A stretch of DNA of 64,000 bases from an uncultured delta proteobacterium. GTDB lineage: Bacteria; Myxococcota_A; Polyangia; Polyangiales; Polyangiaceae. This document shows positions 39,816 through 48,420 of this stretch, piece by piece (position 1 is the first letter of the stretch; the number at the start of each line of letters is the position of its first letter). The notes below the pieces were generated by a model that was not told the origin of the DNA, did no database searches, and worked only from the letters and a program-made list of their open reading frames with translations. The stretch covers positions 3,232,001-3,296,000 of the forward strand of contig CAWDXG010000004.1 in assembly GCA_963806225.1 (NCBI GenBank), read 5' to 3'. The position numbers and the translations under genes are program-made.

Positions 39816-40089
39816 TCACGCGGCGTCGATGATCTCCTTCATGCGAAGGCTGCGCAGCCGGTTGCCTATAGCGACCAGCACCAGCAGCGCCACGAACCAG
39901 CCACCGAGCAGAACGGCCACGCCGACAAGCTCACCCGCCAGGATCTGCGCGACACCGCCAGCGACCCAGAAAAACACGAACATGCCTACCGGAAACAAGC
40001 CGATCAGGGTCTCGGCCGTACTCCGCGCCGCCTGCAGTGCCCACACCGTGCCCAGCCCCAGACAGATCAGAAATAGCAACGACAACATC
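39816..40089 (-). CDS. Small membrane protein
   Basis: Three hydrophobic segments. Start uncertain. Confidence 0.4.
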
Positions 40090-40240
40090 TTGAACCTCCT
40101 GCCCCCTGTTCGGCATGCGTCGAGGCGGGTTGCGGACTTTCTGTCCGGCCTGCGCCCCGCGCACATTTTCGCGGCCAGGCTCCGGACTCCCCCTTCATGC
40201 ACGGCGCGCGGCGCGCCGCGCGCGGCTACGCCGCGCGCTT

Positions 40241-40579
40241 GTTTTCACGTCCAAGCTCGAGCTTGGAGCCCTTTTCGCGCGCCAGACGCGCGTTTTCGCG
40301 TCCAAGCTCCGCTTGGCGCCCTTTTCAAGCGCGTCGCGCCTGTTTTCGCTTCCAAGCTCGAGCTTGGAGCCCTTTTCGCGCGCCAGACGCGCGTTTTCGC
40401 CTCCAACCTCCGCTTGGCGCCCTTTTCAAGCGCGTCGCGCCTGTTTTCGCTTCCAAGCTCGGGCGTGGCGCCCTTTTCGCGCGTCAGACGAGCGTTTTCG
40501 CGTCCAAGCTCCGCTTGGAGCCCTTTTCGCGCGCCTCGCGCCTGTTTTCGCCTCCAAGCTCGGGCTTGGCGCCCTTTTC
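40241..40579. repeat. Seven tandem 50/51-bp palindromic units
   Basis: Core GTTTTCGCNTCCAAGCTC(GA/C/GG)GCTTGG(A/C)GCCCTTTTC plus a 15-bp GC linker. Unit starts at 40241, 40292, 40342, 40393, 40443, 40494 and 40544. Confidence 0.93.
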
Positions 40580-40766
40580 GCGCGCCGGGGCGAGCGGCGC
40601 GCCGCCAAGCGCCGCGCCGCGCCAAACGCCGCGTCGCGGCGTTCGACGTTGTGGGCCCGCGCGCGGCGGAGGCGCGCGCTTGGGACCACGCGCCGCGCGC
40701 AGCGCGGCGCACCGCTAGGCGACGCGCAGTGTGGAGGGCATCCCACCCGAAGCTCGCAGGAGGGAG

Positions 40767-42344
40767 CTAGTCGTCCTCTTCCGGCCACGTTCCGCGGAAG
40801 TCGTAGCGACCGGGGGCGAGGATGTCGTCGGGGTCGAGGGCGCGTTTGATACGGTGGAGCAGCGCGCCGTGATCATCCGTCGGCGCGGGGAGCGCGTGCA
40901 TCGACTGGATGCCGAGGCGGTACGGCAGGTAGCCCTGGTCGACCAGCTCGGCGAGCAGGGCGTCGTGGGCCTGCATGGCGCGCTCGTCTTCGCCTTCGAT
41001 GTCGCGGTCGTAGATGATGAGCGGCACGAGGTAGATGCTGCGTTCGGTCTGCGCGACCATGGCCGTGAGCGGTTCGAAGCCGTGGGCGGGGAGTACGCGC
41101 TCGACGATACGCGCGGCCGCCGCCGCGTCCACGCCGCGGAAAGGCAGCGTGGGGCACGCCCAGAGCACGCCACAGCGATCGCGTTCGGGGTCGGGGTGCT
41201 CCGGCGGGGGCATGCGCTTGCGCCAGTAGACGCTCTTCAGGCTCTCCTCGTGGGGAATGCCCTGCAGGAACATGAACGCGGGGTCGTCTTCGATGAACAG
41301 CTCGTGGCCGCTCGTCGGCTCGCCGTGGCGCTCGTCGACGGAGAGGTGATCGACGAGCGGGGCAAGCGCGCGTTCCACGTGCGCGCGATGCGCCCGGCCC
41401 TGTTCGGCGCTGGCGGCATAGATCGCCGTCGTACCGAACCAGCTTGCGCCGCCCCATTCGTGGCGGATCGAGTCGAGCACGGCGCGCGGGAGCGGCGACT
41501 TTCCGCCGGTCAAGTGCCAAGGATACTGCCCGCGGGTGGACAGCACGCGGTAGTCGTTCCAGAGCCCGATCGAGGAGCGCAGCGTACCGTCCTGGCGCAG
41601 GCCGCGCAGCGCATCCACGAGCCGTGGCAGGCGCGACGGCTCGACAACGCTGAAGCGCACCGCGGAGAGTGATCGTGGCAGCGGCGTAAGCCAGAGCGTC
41701 ATCTGCGTGACGACGCCTAGATTCGACTGGCTGAACAGGCCGTCGAGCGCGGGGCCGACGCCCCAGCGGTGCAGAGGCGCGAGCGGCGCGGCGTCGAAGC
41801 GCCCGAAACCGGTGTGCACGCATTCGCCGGTCGGCAGTGCGACCTCGAGCGCGCAGACATGCTGGAAACGGTCGCCATACGGTCCCGTGCCGTCGCCGCG
41901 CTCGAGCGCGTTGCCGACCACGCTGGCGTCCGGGCTCGCGCCGGTGCTGTTGGCGAACAGCCGCGACCCCCGTTCACGTAGGAATTCGTAGAGTTGCCCG
42001 AAGCTCACGCCTGGCTCGACGGTGACCCAGGCCATCTCCTCGTCGAAGCCGACAATGCGGTCCATGCGCCCGAGATCGAGCAGCACCGCACCATCGCGCG
42101 GCGGCACGCGCGAGCCGAGGCCCCAGTTCTTCCCGCGACTGGTGGGATAGACTGGCACCCGCTCGCGGCGCGCGATGCGCAGGCAGGCCTGCACTTCGTG
42201 GCGATCCGCTGGGCGCACGACCGCGACGACGCCCTGCGTCGTTGCGAACGTCGCGGTGGCGGCGCGCTCCAGCGTCTGCTTGTCGACGAGGACATGCGCC
42301 GGTCCAACCGCTTGCCCAAAATGGCTATGGAGAGAACCGGACAT
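40767..42344 (-). CDS. FAD-binding oxidoreductase, vanillyl-alcohol oxidase/p-cresol methylhydroxylase family
   Basis: SRGKNWGLGS, VEPGVSF, GNALERG.G.GPYG, GPALDGLFSQSNLGVVT and LDPDDILAPGR. Confidence 0.92.
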   Translation of the reverse strand: MSGSLHSHFGQAVGPAHVLVDKQTLERAATATFATTQGVVAVVRPADRHEVQACLRIARRERVPVYPTSRGKNWGLGSRVPPRDGAVLLDLGRMDRIVGFDEEMAWVTVEPGVSFGQLYEFLRERGSRLFANSTGASPDASVVGNALERGDGTGPYGDRFQHVCALEVALPTGECVHTGFGRFDAAPLAPLHRWGVGPALDGLFSQSNLGVVTQMTLWLTPLPRSLSAVRFSVVEPSRLPRLVDALRGLRQDGTLRSSIGLWNDYRVLSTRGQYPWHLTGGKSPLPRAVLDSIRHEWGGASWFGTTAIYAASAEQGRAHRAHVERALAPLVDHLSVDERHGEPTSGHELFIEDDPAFMFLQGIPHEESLKSVYWRKRMPPPEHPDPERDRCGVLWACPTLPFRGVDAAAAARIVERVLPAHGFEPLTAMVAQTERSIYLVPLIIYDRDIEGEDERAMQAHDALLAELVDQGYLPYRLGIQSMHALPAPTDDHGALLHRIKRALDPDDILAPGRYDFRGTWPEEDD

Positions 42345-42389
42345 CGGCCCGACCGCAGTGTAGACGAGCCCCGCGCCGTCCGCCCGCCG

Positions 42390-42731
42390 TCAGCGACGCC
42401 GCCGCGGGATCGCCCGCAGAATCTGCAGCACAGCCGCCTGCACGTCGGGCGGTGCCCCGTCGAACAGCTTCGCGGCTTCCAGCCCAGCCGAGCTCAGCTC
42501 CGCCACGCCACCGAGAAGCTCGGCCGGAGAGATCGATAGACCTTTCGCCAGCGCCAGCACCGTGCTGAGCGAGGGATCCCGGCGACCATTCTCGACCGTC
42601 CCGATGTAGTTCGGAGTGAGAGCAGACTTCTCCGCGAGCTGCTCGAGCGTGAGCCCGAGAGCCTTGCGTCGTCTGCGGACCTCTCGACCGAAGCTCAGAG
42701 CCGTGAGATTTCGTCTGCTTCGGCGGGGCAT
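42390..42731 (-). CDS. XRE-family HTH regulator
   Basis: LTLEQLAEK..YIGTVENGRRDPSL. Confidence 0.9.
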   Translation of the reverse strand: MPRRSRRNLTALSFGREVRRRRKALGLTLEQLAEKSALTPNYIGTVENGRRDPSLSTVLALAKGLSISPAELLGGVAELSSAGLEAAKLFDGAPPDVQAAVLQILRAIPRRRR

Positions 42732-42898
42732 GAACCACTGATCGTGTTGTCTTCCAATACGATTGTGCTAGCCCTGGCGTCAATCCCGGCGTTTTCCCGG
42801 GGATTCCCGTCGAACTTCGGCACATCTTTCCATGCGGTTCACACCCCCGGCCCGGCGCCCCGTCCCGGGGCCTGCACCCAGATTTTTCCCCCACAGCG

Positions 42899-43258
42899 AT
42901 GAGCGCGCCAGCCCACCTTCTGGTGGTCGAGGACGACCCCGCGGTGTCCCGCAGCGTCGCCCGCGCGCTGCGCGGCGCAGGCTACGAAGTCACGGCCGCG
43001 ACCTCCCTGGCCGAAGCGCGGCTCGACGGGAGGAGCTTCGATGTCGCCGTGCTCGACATCGAGATCGGCGACGGCAGCGGGCTCGAGCTGGCGCGAGCGC
43101 TGTTCGCTTCGGAGCAGGTCGGCTCGGTCGTGTTCCACAGTGCAACGCTGGAGCCCGCCGTGCAGAAGCGCGCTCGCGAGCTTGGCGTACTGGTCCAGAA
43201 GTCCGGCGACATGACGAGGCTGCTGGAGGCCATTGCCCGCGCGATCGCAGCGGGTTGA
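42899..43258 (+). CDS. Single-domain response regulator
   Basis: LLVVEDD, VAVLDI..GSGLEL and a conserved Lys. Confidence 0.88.
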   Translation: MSAPAHLLVVEDDPAVSRSVARALRGAGYEVTAATSLAEARLDGRSFDVAVLDIEIGDGSGLELARALFASEQVGSVVFHSATLEPAVQKRARELGVLVQKSGDMTRLLEAIARAIAAG

Positions 43259-44150
43259 GTCCGTCAGGGGGGGCGACCGTGGCGATCCCGGCGGTGCCGT
43301 GCACGTCGACGTAGTCGGCGCGCAGACCAGGACAGCTCTGTTCGTAGCGGCATCCCGAGCACTCGCGCGGCTTGACTCCGCCGGTGAGCCGCGAGTCGGT
43401 CAGGTCGAAGCAGTCATCCGGCGTGACCACGCGTACGCCGTCGGCGCCGGGGTGGCGGACGTGGTCCTCGTAGCCGGGCAGCACGCACCGCGGCACGTGC
43501 AGGCTGCTCACCTCGTAGCCGCCGCTCCGTGCCTGATCGAAGGCGCGGCAGAGCGCCGGCGCGAGGTCGGCGAACGCGGGCAGCTGCTCGACGTGCCCCG
43601 CGTTCTGGTCCGTGAGGGACACCAGCCACAGGTTGAAACGGCGCACGCCCTGATCGACCAGGCTCTCGATCCACTCGCAGAGCTCTGGGTACGTGTCGTT
43701 CTTCAGGATCAGGTCGGCGACGGGATCGAGCTCACGCTCGACCAGATTGGCGATCGCCTGGCGGCGCAGGCGCGCGCTGTCGTCCAGGTGCACGGTGCGC
43801 TCGTACGCCGCGTCGTCGAAGGCGTGCATCGACATGTTGAAGACGTTCACGCCGCACTCGGTCAGATGGTCCAGGTAGGGCGCGTGCGCATAGCGGAGGC
43901 CGTTCGAGGCCACCTTGATCTCGTCGAAGCCGCGCTGGCGCGCGAAGCGGACCAGCTTCGGCAGCGCCGGAAAGATCGTCGGCTCGCCGCCCGTGAACGC
44001 GACGCGGCGCCAGCCGCGCGCCGCCGCCTGCTCGATCTCGCGCGCGACGACCTGCGGGTCGAGGGCGCGCTCGCGCATCGGATCGGTGATGGTGCAGTAG
44101 CTGCACTTCAGGTTGCAGTCGTAGCCGAGGACGACGTCGAGCAGCGGCAC
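42990..44150 (-). CDS. Radical SAM protein, HxsC-like
   Basis: YDCNLKCSYC, FTGGEPT and CSGCRYEQSCPG. The last ~90 codons overlap the response regulator and are probably non-conserved. Confidence 0.85.
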   Translation of the reverse strand: MPLLDVVLGYDCNLKCSYCTITDPMRERALDPQVVAREIEQAAARGWRRVAFTGGEPTIFPALPKLVRFARQRGFDEIKVASNGLRYAHAPYLDHLTECGVNVFNMSMHAFDDAAYERTVHLDDSARLRRQAIANLVERELDPVADLILKNDTYPELCEWIESLVDQGVRRFNLWLVSLTDQNAGHVEQLPAFADLAPALCRAFDQARSGGYEVSSLHVPRCVLPGYEDHVRHPGADGVRVVTPDDCFDLTDSRLTGGVKPRECSGCRYEQSCPGLRADYVDVHGTAGIATVAPPDGLNPLRSRGQWPPAASSCRRTSGPVRQARERASARRAPALHCGTRPSRPAPKRTALAPARARCRRRSRCRARRHRSSSRRAALRPGRSRP

Positions 44151-44236
44151 GGCCGCTAGCGTGTCACGTCGGCGGCGGCTCTGCAGGGAGCGGCGATTTT
44201 CCGCAACCTGCCATCGAACCGGCCGAACGGGGGGGC

Positions 44237-44899
44237 GTGGGTATCGATCGAGTTTCCAGCGGCGGTGCTCCGCGCGCCGCCGAACGCCCTCGCAGCGTGC
44301 AGCCGCGGTCCACGGGCGCGTCGTTCCGGTCGCACCTCGGCCGGCGCACCCCGCTCTCGCCGCGCGACGCCGCAGCCGAGCTCGCCGGGGCCTGGCAGGA
44401 CGTGCTCGGCGAGCCGGCTCCGGCGGGCGGCGTGGCCGTGCTCTGGGCGCAGTGGGCGCTCGAGACGGGGCGCGGCGCGTCGATGGTCGGCCACAATTTC
44501 GGCGGGCTGAAGGGCCATGCGCCGGACGGCGGCAGCACCGTGCAGTGGACGCACGAGGGCCACGGCGTCGGGCGGCGGCGCATCCGCGATCGCTTCCGTG
44601 CCTACGACTCGGCCCGGGCGGGTGCCCGCGACTACGTGCGGACCCTCGCCCAGCGCTATCCGGACGCGCTGGCCCAGGCCCGGCAGGGCAACGCCGCCGG
44701 ATTCGTCGACGCGCTCGCCCGCCGGCACTACTTCACGGCCGATCCGGCCGTGTACCGTCACGCCGTACAGGGCCTCGCGCACCAGTACCGGACCCAGGGG
44801 CCGGACGCCGCACAGCCGCTCACGGTCGACGATCCCGGACCCTGGGCCAGCGGCGTGATCGAGGAGCTGCAGCGCGCCACGGCGCGGCATCGGGGGTAG
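44237..44899 (+). CDS. GH73/FlgJ-like glucosaminidase
   Basis: AQWALETG.G, HNFGGLKG, FRAYDS and YFTADP. Confidence 0.8.
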   Translation: MGIDRVSSGGAPRAAERPRSVQPRSTGASFRSHLGRRTPLSPRDAAAELAGAWQDVLGEPAPAGGVAVLWAQWALETGRGASMVGHNFGGLKGHAPDGGSTVQWTHEGHGVGRRRIRDRFRAYDSARAGARDYVRTLAQRYPDALAQARQGNAAGFVDALARRHYFTADPAVYRHAVQGLAHQYRTQGPDAAQPLTVDDPGPWASGVIEELQRATARHRG

Positions 44900-45050
44900 C
44901 GCCACGGCGCGGCATCGGGGGTAGCGCGCGGTGCGGCATCGGGGGTAGCGCGCGGTGCGGCGGGGGTTGCGCACGGTGGGGGTTGCGGCGCGGTGCGGCA
45001 TCGGGGGTAGCGCGCGGTGCGGTGGGGGTTGCGGCGCGGTGGGGGTTGCG
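44876..45050 (+). repeat. Degenerate G5-rich tandem repeat
   Basis: GCGGCATCGGGGGTAGCG x4 interleaved with GGGGGTTGCG x4, giving eight GGGGG runs. Confidence 0.85.
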
Positions 45051-45056
45051 GCGCGC

Positions 45057-45193
45057 GTTTTCGCCTCCAAGCCCGGGCTTGGCGCCCTTTTCACGCGCCG
45101 CGCGCGCGTTTTCGCCTCCAAGCTCCGCTTGGCGCCCTTTTCACGCGCCTCGCGCGCGTTTTCGCCTCCAAGCCCGGGCTTGGCCGCCTCTTC
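45057..45193. repeat. Second array (3 units) of the 50/51-bp palindromic repeat
   Basis: Same GTTTTCGCCTCCAAGC..GCTTGG..TTC core at 45057, 45108 and 45158. Confidence 0.92.
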
Positions 45194-45449
45194 ACGCGCC
45201 GCGCGCGCGGCGGCGCGGTTTGGCGGTGCCGCGCTGCCCACGGCGCGCTTCGCCCTTCGGCGCTGTTCGGCGTGAGATGGTTTGCGTCCCGCCCGCCCAC
45301 TCCCGCCAGACTCCTCCGGGGGGGCTCCGCCCCCTCGAGCACGCCTCACGCGATTCGCTTCGCTCATCGCGGGCTTGCATCGCTCTGCCGGGGCTCGCTT
45401 TGCTCGCCGAAAACTGGGCCAAATCGCTTCGCGCATGCCACCGCGGGGT

Positions 45450-46814
45450 ATGCCTACGAAGCGATCTGGAACGGCAAGAAGGGGACGGCGCGTCGGGCCG
45501 GCAGCCGCGGCGGTGTTGGCTGGCACGCTGGTGATGATCGGCTGCAACGGGGCCAAGGACGGGCCCTCGCTCTCCAAGGCCACCGGCACTGCCATCCCCG
45601 ATGTTCCCGAACCGCCCGCCGATGGACCCCAGCTCGGGTCCATCGCCAACCTGACTCCGGTCCGCTCGCGACCCGCCAAGGATGCCAAGGAGATCGGCTA
45701 CCTGCATGCCGGGGCGAAGGTGGCGCGCGCGGAGAAGGCCTACAGCAAGGACGGCTGCCCGGGCGGCTGGTACCCGATCCGGCCGCGTGGCTTCGTGTGC
45801 GTCGGCAGCACGGCCACCATCGACATGAACCACCCGACGCTGGCCGCCATGGCTCTCGGCCCCAAGCTCGACCAGCCACTGCCGTACACCTACGCGAGCA
45901 CGCGCAAGGACACGCCGCTGTACGAGCGCGACCCGAAGAAGAAGGAAGCGGTCAAGAAGATCGGCATGCTGCCCGAAGGCAGCGGGCTAGCCATCATCGG
46001 TTCCTGGTCCGGCATCGACCCGAAGGGCCGGCAGGACCGCCTCGGCATGACGACCGACGGACACTTCGTGCGCGCGGCGGACCTGCGCGCCGCCGAGCCT
46101 TCCAGCTTCCACGGCGTGGATCTCGGCGCGACCGGCGCGGCGAAGGACCTGCCGATCGGCTTCATCGTCAAGCGCGGAGTGCGAGCCTGGAAGGTCGACA
46201 AGGGCGACTCGGACAAGCTCGGCCGACTCGACTACCACGACATGCTGCCGCTCACCGGGCGCTTCCGCACCCTCGGGCCAGTCAAGTACTGGGCGATGAG
46301 CGACGGCCGCTACGTGCGCCACCGTGACGTGACGGTGATCCGCCGCCGCAACATCTGGCCCGACTTCGCGACCGGCAAGCAGAAGTGGATCGACGTGAGC
46401 ATCATCACCGGCACGCTGGTGCTCTACCAAGGGCACAAGGCCGTGTTCGCGACACTGGTCAGCGTGGGGCGTGACCGCCTCGGCGATCCGAAGACCAGCG
46501 ACTCCACCGCGCAGGGCGATTTCGACGTGCTGGGCAAGCACATCACCGCGGTGGGGCTCGATCCGAAGAGCCTGGGCGAGCACGGGCAGATCTTCGACGC
46601 GCCGTGGGCCATCGAGCTGTCGTCGGGACAGATGATGCTCGGTGCCTTCTGGCACGATCGTTTCGGTATCGAGCACGGCCCGGGCGCGATCGAGATGTCC
46701 CCCGCCGACGCGCAGAAGGTCTGGCAGTGGGTCGACCCACAGGTGCCCGAAGGCTGGCACGGCGTCACGCAGCCCGACGCGGGCAAACACGTGGTCGTGC
46801 ACATCCGCAAGTAG
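45450..46814 (+). CDS. L,D-transpeptidase (YkuD)-like lipoprotein, catalytic residues absent
   Basis: KWIDVSI..TLVLY.G..VFATLVS.G and GAFWHDRFG. Lipobox-like MIGC. Start uncertain. Confidence 0.8.
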   Translation: MPTKRSGTARRGRRVGPAAAAVLAGTLVMIGCNGAKDGPSLSKATGTAIPDVPEPPADGPQLGSIANLTPVRSRPAKDAKEIGYLHAGAKVARAEKAYSKDGCPGGWYPIRPRGFVCVGSTATIDMNHPTLAAMALGPKLDQPLPYTYASTRKDTPLYERDPKKKEAVKKIGMLPEGSGLAIIGSWSGIDPKGRQDRLGMTTDGHFVRAADLRAAEPSSFHGVDLGATGAAKDLPIGFIVKRGVRAWKVDKGDSDKLGRLDYHDMLPLTGRFRTLGPVKYWAMSDGRYVRHRDVTVIRRRNIWPDFATGKQKWIDVSIITGTLVLYQGHKAVFATLVSVGRDRLGDPKTSDSTAQGDFDVLGKHITAVGLDPKSLGEHGQIFDAPWAIELSSGQMMLGAFWHDRFGIEHGPGAIEMSPADAQKVWQWVDPQVPEGWHGVTQPDAGKHVVVHIRK

Positions 46815-46840
46815 CGGGGCTGCTCCCCTCGCGGCGCGCG

Positions 46841-47449
46841 CTACACCCTCACGAACAGGCAGTACACGAACTGTTGTGTCTTGCCCGCGGGCGTGATGTG
46901 GCCCTCGCGGCGCGTGTCGGCGAGGGAGAAGCCTGGGCCGAGCTCGCGCAGGAGCGTCAGCGGATCGTAGCGGACCACGGGCAGACCGCTGCACGTGGTG
47001 GGGCCGTCGAGCGCGAAGGTGGCGATGATGACGTTGCCGCCCGGAGCCAGAGCGCCCCGGAGCGCGCGCACGTAGGCGGCACGGTCCTCGGATTCCTTCA
47101 GGAAATGGAAGACCGCGCGGTCGTGCCAGAGCTCGAACGGACCCGGGAGCTCGAGCTTCGTGATGTCGCCCTCGACATAGGTCACAGGCGCGTCGCCCAG
47201 ACGGCTCCGCGCTTCGTCGAGCGCCGTCGGCGCGATGTCGAGCAGGGTCAGGTGCTTGAAGCCGCGCGAGACAAGCTCGTCGACGAGGCGCGAGGTACCG
47301 CCGCCCACGTCGATGACGCGGGCCGACGGCCCGATACCCGCCGCGTCGATCAACGACAGCGATGTGGCCGGCCTGGGCGCAAACCAGCTGCGTTTGCCGG
47401 GAGCCTTGGTCCGGTGCACCTCTTCCCAGTGCGTCTTCCGATCCACCAC
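46841..47449 (-). CDS. Class I SAM-dependent methyltransferase
   Basis: IDVGGG, WHDRAVFHFL and GPTTCSGLPV. Confidence 0.9.
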   Translation of the reverse strand: MVDRKTHWEEVHRTKAPGKRSWFAPRPATSLSLIDAAGIGPSARVIDVGGGTSRLVDELVSRGFKHLTLLDIAPTALDEARSRLGDAPVTYVEGDITKLELPGPFELWHDRAVFHFLKESEDRAAYVRALRGALAPGGNVIIATFALDGPTTCSGLPVVRYDPLTLLRELGPGFSLADTRREGHITPAGKTQQFVYCLFVRV

Positions 47450-47523
47450 GCCGCTACGGTAACGCCGCGCCGCCGTCTGACAACGGCAGTGCAGGCGAAA
47501 TTGCAGGGGTCAAGCGACGGGAA

Positions 47524-48240
47524 TCAGAACAGCCCGAGCATGCTGACGCCGTAGCCGCGGTCACCCACTGGCGAGGGTGCCACGGCCACGGTCATGCCGG
47601 GCGCACTCTTCCTGACCAGCACGGTGTCGCTGTGCACACCGAATGCGAGCAGCACGGCGCCCGTGGCCTGCAGTACGCCGTCGAAAACGAGCATGGCGCG
47701 GGCCAGCGGCTCCGCGACGCACTGGCCGACCTTGGAATTGAAGCTCTTCTCCTTGTCGACGCCGTCACACGGATTCGATCGCTTGGCGAGGGCAGCCCAC
47801 GGGCCCACCACGGGCGCCGCGAGCCAACCGCTGCTGTTCGCGAAGCCGCTGCCCGCCGCGATACCGAGCCCGGTCGCCCAGGGCAGACCGAGCGTGATGC
47901 CGCCGAGCGCGAGCAGCAGAGTGCGCGGGTGCTTCTCGCGCACGAAGCCGGGCGGCGTGCGGTCCTCGGCAGGGGGCGCGCCCAGCTTGTAGCTTGGCGC
48001 CGGGGGTGACCAGGGCCGGGCTGCGTAGGTGCCGAGATGGATCGCCGCCGGTGCCGCGGGTGCGGAAACCGGCGTCCAGGTGGGTGTGGGTGCCAGAGGC
48101 CGCGCAGGCGCAACAGGTTGGCTCTGTGCGCGCTCTGCTTTCGAACCCACATCCGGAAACGCCGCCGCTGACTGCGCCCGCGCGATGCGCGACGCCCCCA
48201 GTGCGGCCATCAACATCGAAGTGACGACGAACGAGCGCAT
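47524..48240 (-). CDS. Hypothetical secreted/membrane protein
   Basis: Signal-like N-terminus, Pro-rich linker, PVVGPW motif and C-terminal Phe. Confidence 0.7.
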   Translation of the reverse strand: MRSFVVTSMLMAALGASRIARAQSAAAFPDVGSKAERAQSQPVAPARPLAPTPTWTPVSAPAAPAAIHLGTYAARPWSPPAPSYKLGAPPAEDRTPPGFVREKHPRTLLLALGGITLGLPWATGLGIAAGSGFANSSGWLAAPVVGPWAALAKRSNPCDGVDKEKSFNSKVGQCVAEPLARAMLVFDGVLQATGAVLLAFGVHSDTVLVRKSAPGMTVAVAPSPVGDRGYGVSMLGLF

Positions 48241-48334
48241 TCTGCGCTCTGCACGCACGTTCCATGCCGGCACGCTCGCGCGCGGATTGTCGCGCTATGG
48301 GGGCAGCGAAACTGGCGCAACCCCTGACGCGATC

Positions 48335-48349
48335 GCCAGGCTTGTGCCA
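48335..48349 (-). promoter_or_regulatory. Candidate sigma-54 promoter
   Basis: Minus strand TGGCAC-AAGCC-TGGC (GG-N10-GC), ~95 bp upstream of the 48240 start. Confidence 0.35.
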
Positions 48350-48420
48350 GTTGGCACAGCGAGCTTGTCCGCGCGCAACGCGGTTGGCGCCGCAGCTCAG
48401 GTGGGACGTGTTCGAGGGAT

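Noticed and set aside
40241..40579. CRISPR array (repeats start GTTTTC and are palindromic)
   Set aside because: Linkers are only 15 bp and recur nearly identically, repeats alternate between variants, and no cas genes are present in the window.
40115..40849. Repetitive ORFs (ASKL.LGALF) spanning the palindromic array
   Set aside because: The alternating 50/51-bp units break frame, so similar text appears in every frame, as expected for non-coding repeats.
42990..43258. Functional 269-bp convergent overlap between the rSAM and the response regulator
   Set aside because: The rSAM tail after the Cys cluster is low-complexity read-through, most likely a lost stop codon.
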